A stretch of DNA of 20,000 nucleotides from Nitrospiraceae bacterium (GTDB lineage: Bacteria; Nitrospirota; Nitrospiria; Nitrospirales; UBA2166): assembly GCA_002726235.1 (NCBI GenBank), contig PBSN01000025.1:52608-72607 (forward strand). The letters run 5' to 3'. Under the pieces are notes generated by a model. It was not told where the DNA came from. It did no database searches and saw only the letters and a program-made list of their open reading frames with translations. Each line of letters starts with the position of its first letter. Positions within the stretch are counted from its first letter, which is position 1. The position numbers and the translations under genes are program-made. Positions 18,960 to 20,000 of the stretch are shown piece after piece.

Positions 18960-19436
18960 ATGGAATCACGAAAGCCGCTCAGAACCGTCGCAACCAATCG
19001 CAAGGCCTACTACGATTACGCGATTGAGGACACCTTCGAAGCCGGTCTGGAGTTGCGCGGGACCGAAGTGAAAGCCTTGCGCGAGGGACGAGTGAATTTG
19101 AAGGAGAGCTTCGCACGCGTCGATCGCAATGAGGTGATATTGCACAATTGCCATATCAATGAGTATAGCCACGGCAACATCATGAATCATATTCCACGCC
19201 GCGAGCGAAGATTGCTGCTTCACCGAAAGGAAATTGATCAACTAGTCGGACAGACCCAACGGAAAGGCCTAACGTTGATTCCTCTGAAGATCTACTTCAC
19301 TGACCGGGGATTGGCGAAACTCCAATTGGCTCTAGCCAAGGGGAAACGCCAATACGACCGGCGTGAGGACATCAAGAAACGCGAAGACACACGGGAAATG
19401 GCGCGTGCCATGAAAGAAGAAAGGAGGGGGCGATAG
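18960..19436 (+). CDS. smpB: SsrA-binding protein SmpB
   Basis: NRKAYYDY, EAGLELRGTEVKALR, RRLLLHRKEI, GLTLIPL, LAKGKRQYDRREDIK. Start set at ATG 18960. Confidence 0.98.
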   Translation: MESRKPLRTVATNRKAYYDYAIEDTFEAGLELRGTEVKALREGRVNLKESFARVDRNEVILHNCHINEYSHGNIMNHIPRRERRLLLHRKEIDQLVGQTQRKGLTLIPLKIYFTDRGLAKLQLALAKGKRQYDRREDIKKREDTREMARAMKEERRGR

Positions 19437-19780
19437 GCTTCGACGGGAACTAGTGGGTCAGGGCTGCATGTCGAGGTCCTCGGGTCCTCGTAAAACACCT
19501 GGGGAAACATTCAATTGCCAACGATAACTTGGCTCTCGCTGCATAATTAAGTAGCGACGTCCCTCATTCGATGTCTGTGCGAATGATCAGGATGGCATAA
19601 AGCAGGCTGGTCTGACTTCTGGGCTCCAGGGGAGAAAGACGAGACGATACTGGGCTAGCAACCATTCTGAGCCGTGTTGCGGGGCATGGATGGGCGCGAA
19701 CTTCAATACTGCGGCTACACATGTAGATGTCTTGTGCTGACGGTTTTCGGACGCGGGTTCGATTCCCGCCGCCTCCACCA
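19426..19780 (+). ncRNA. ssrA: tmRNA (one-piece, 355 nt)
   Basis: 5' GGGGGCGATAGGCTTCGAC. 3' GACGCGGGTTCGATTCCCGCCGCCTCCACCA. Acceptor stem GGGGGCG/CGCCTCC with G3-U, A discriminator and encoded CCA. Confidence 0.97.
19517..19546 (+). other. tmRNA tag reading frame, (A)ANDNLALAA*
   Basis: Resume codon GCC after AATT: GCC AAC GAT AAC TTG GCT CTC GCT GCA TAA, ending in the typical LAA degron. Confidence 0.92.
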
Positions 19781-20000
19781 ACAGCCCTCAAGATGAGGCA
19801 TGAAATGCTCCTCAAATTGATGGCACACCATACAATAACATAGTATTATCATATAGTTACGCTTATTTTCCCTTTACTGTTCCACTCTTGACATCCGAGT
19901 CAAATGGGGGCAATATGGGGGGCATCTATATAATACAAAGGATCAGTTGCCCCTCCATATGCCACTTGTAGACACCACCGTTCGTAACGCCTCCCCAGCC
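19781..20000 (+). mobile_element. Left end (attL side) of a probable genomic island or prophage integrated at the ssrA 3' end
   Basis: AT-richer DNA after the CCA, IHF-like TATCATATAGTTA (19847-19859), direct repeats ATGGGGGCA (19904-19912) and ATGGGGGGCA (19915-19924), an imperfect inverted copy TGCCCCTCCAT (19948-19958), then an integrase-like start. Confidence 0.7.
19959..20000 (+). CDS. Probable P4-like tyrosine integrase, first 14 codons (truncated by window end)
   Basis: Translates MPLVDTTVRNASPA, resembling the MPLTDTAIRNAKP N-terminus of arm-DNA-binding P4-type integrases. Located about 180 nt downstream of tmRNA. Confidence 0.65.
   Translation, partial: MPLVDTTVRNASPA

Noticed and set aside
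19785..19799. Terminator after tmRNA (CCTCA-AGA-TGAGG)
   Set aside because: Short stem and no U-tract.
19564..19815. Minus-strand ORFs of 83 and 64 aa
   Set aside because: Antisense to tmRNA, a common spurious call.
1..20000. CRISPR arrays, rRNA, tRNA, IS elements
   Set aside because: No repeat-spacer arrays, transposase motifs or tRNA cloverleaf seen apart from the tmRNA tRNA-like domain (manual inspection only).

Overview
Mostly core-genome bacterial DNA of roughly 50% GC. Gene order and protein style suggest Nitrospirota or a similar lineage, but that is inference. The + strand carries the rplI 3' end, glyA, nrdR, an unusual soluble Rossmann-domain histidine kinase with a NarL-type response regulator, a YyaL-like thioredoxin-domain protein, purH-purD-purE, a Tat-exported sulfite-oxidase-family molybdoenzyme, smpB and ssrA (tmRNA). 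The - strand carries a Ski2/HelY-like helicase that lacks its entire N-terminal RecA1 (Walker A/DExH) domain, an HTH-TOBE gene coupled to ugd, a lipoprotein, and a tightly overlapped operon of lipoprotein-tsaB-rimI-tatC. The window ends in the left end of a probable genomic island at the tmRNA 3' end, with an IHF-like site, arm-type repeats and the first 14 codons of a P4-like integrase. Most notable: (1) the smpB stop codon lies inside the mature tmRNA 5' end, so tmRNA maturation from a cotranscript would turn smpB mRNA into a non-stop tmRNA substrate, a possible feedback loop, and smpB also looks leaderless; (2) the half helicase; (3) the putative NAD(H)-sensing kinase; (4) a candidate ~165-nt sRNA or leader with promoter and terminator.
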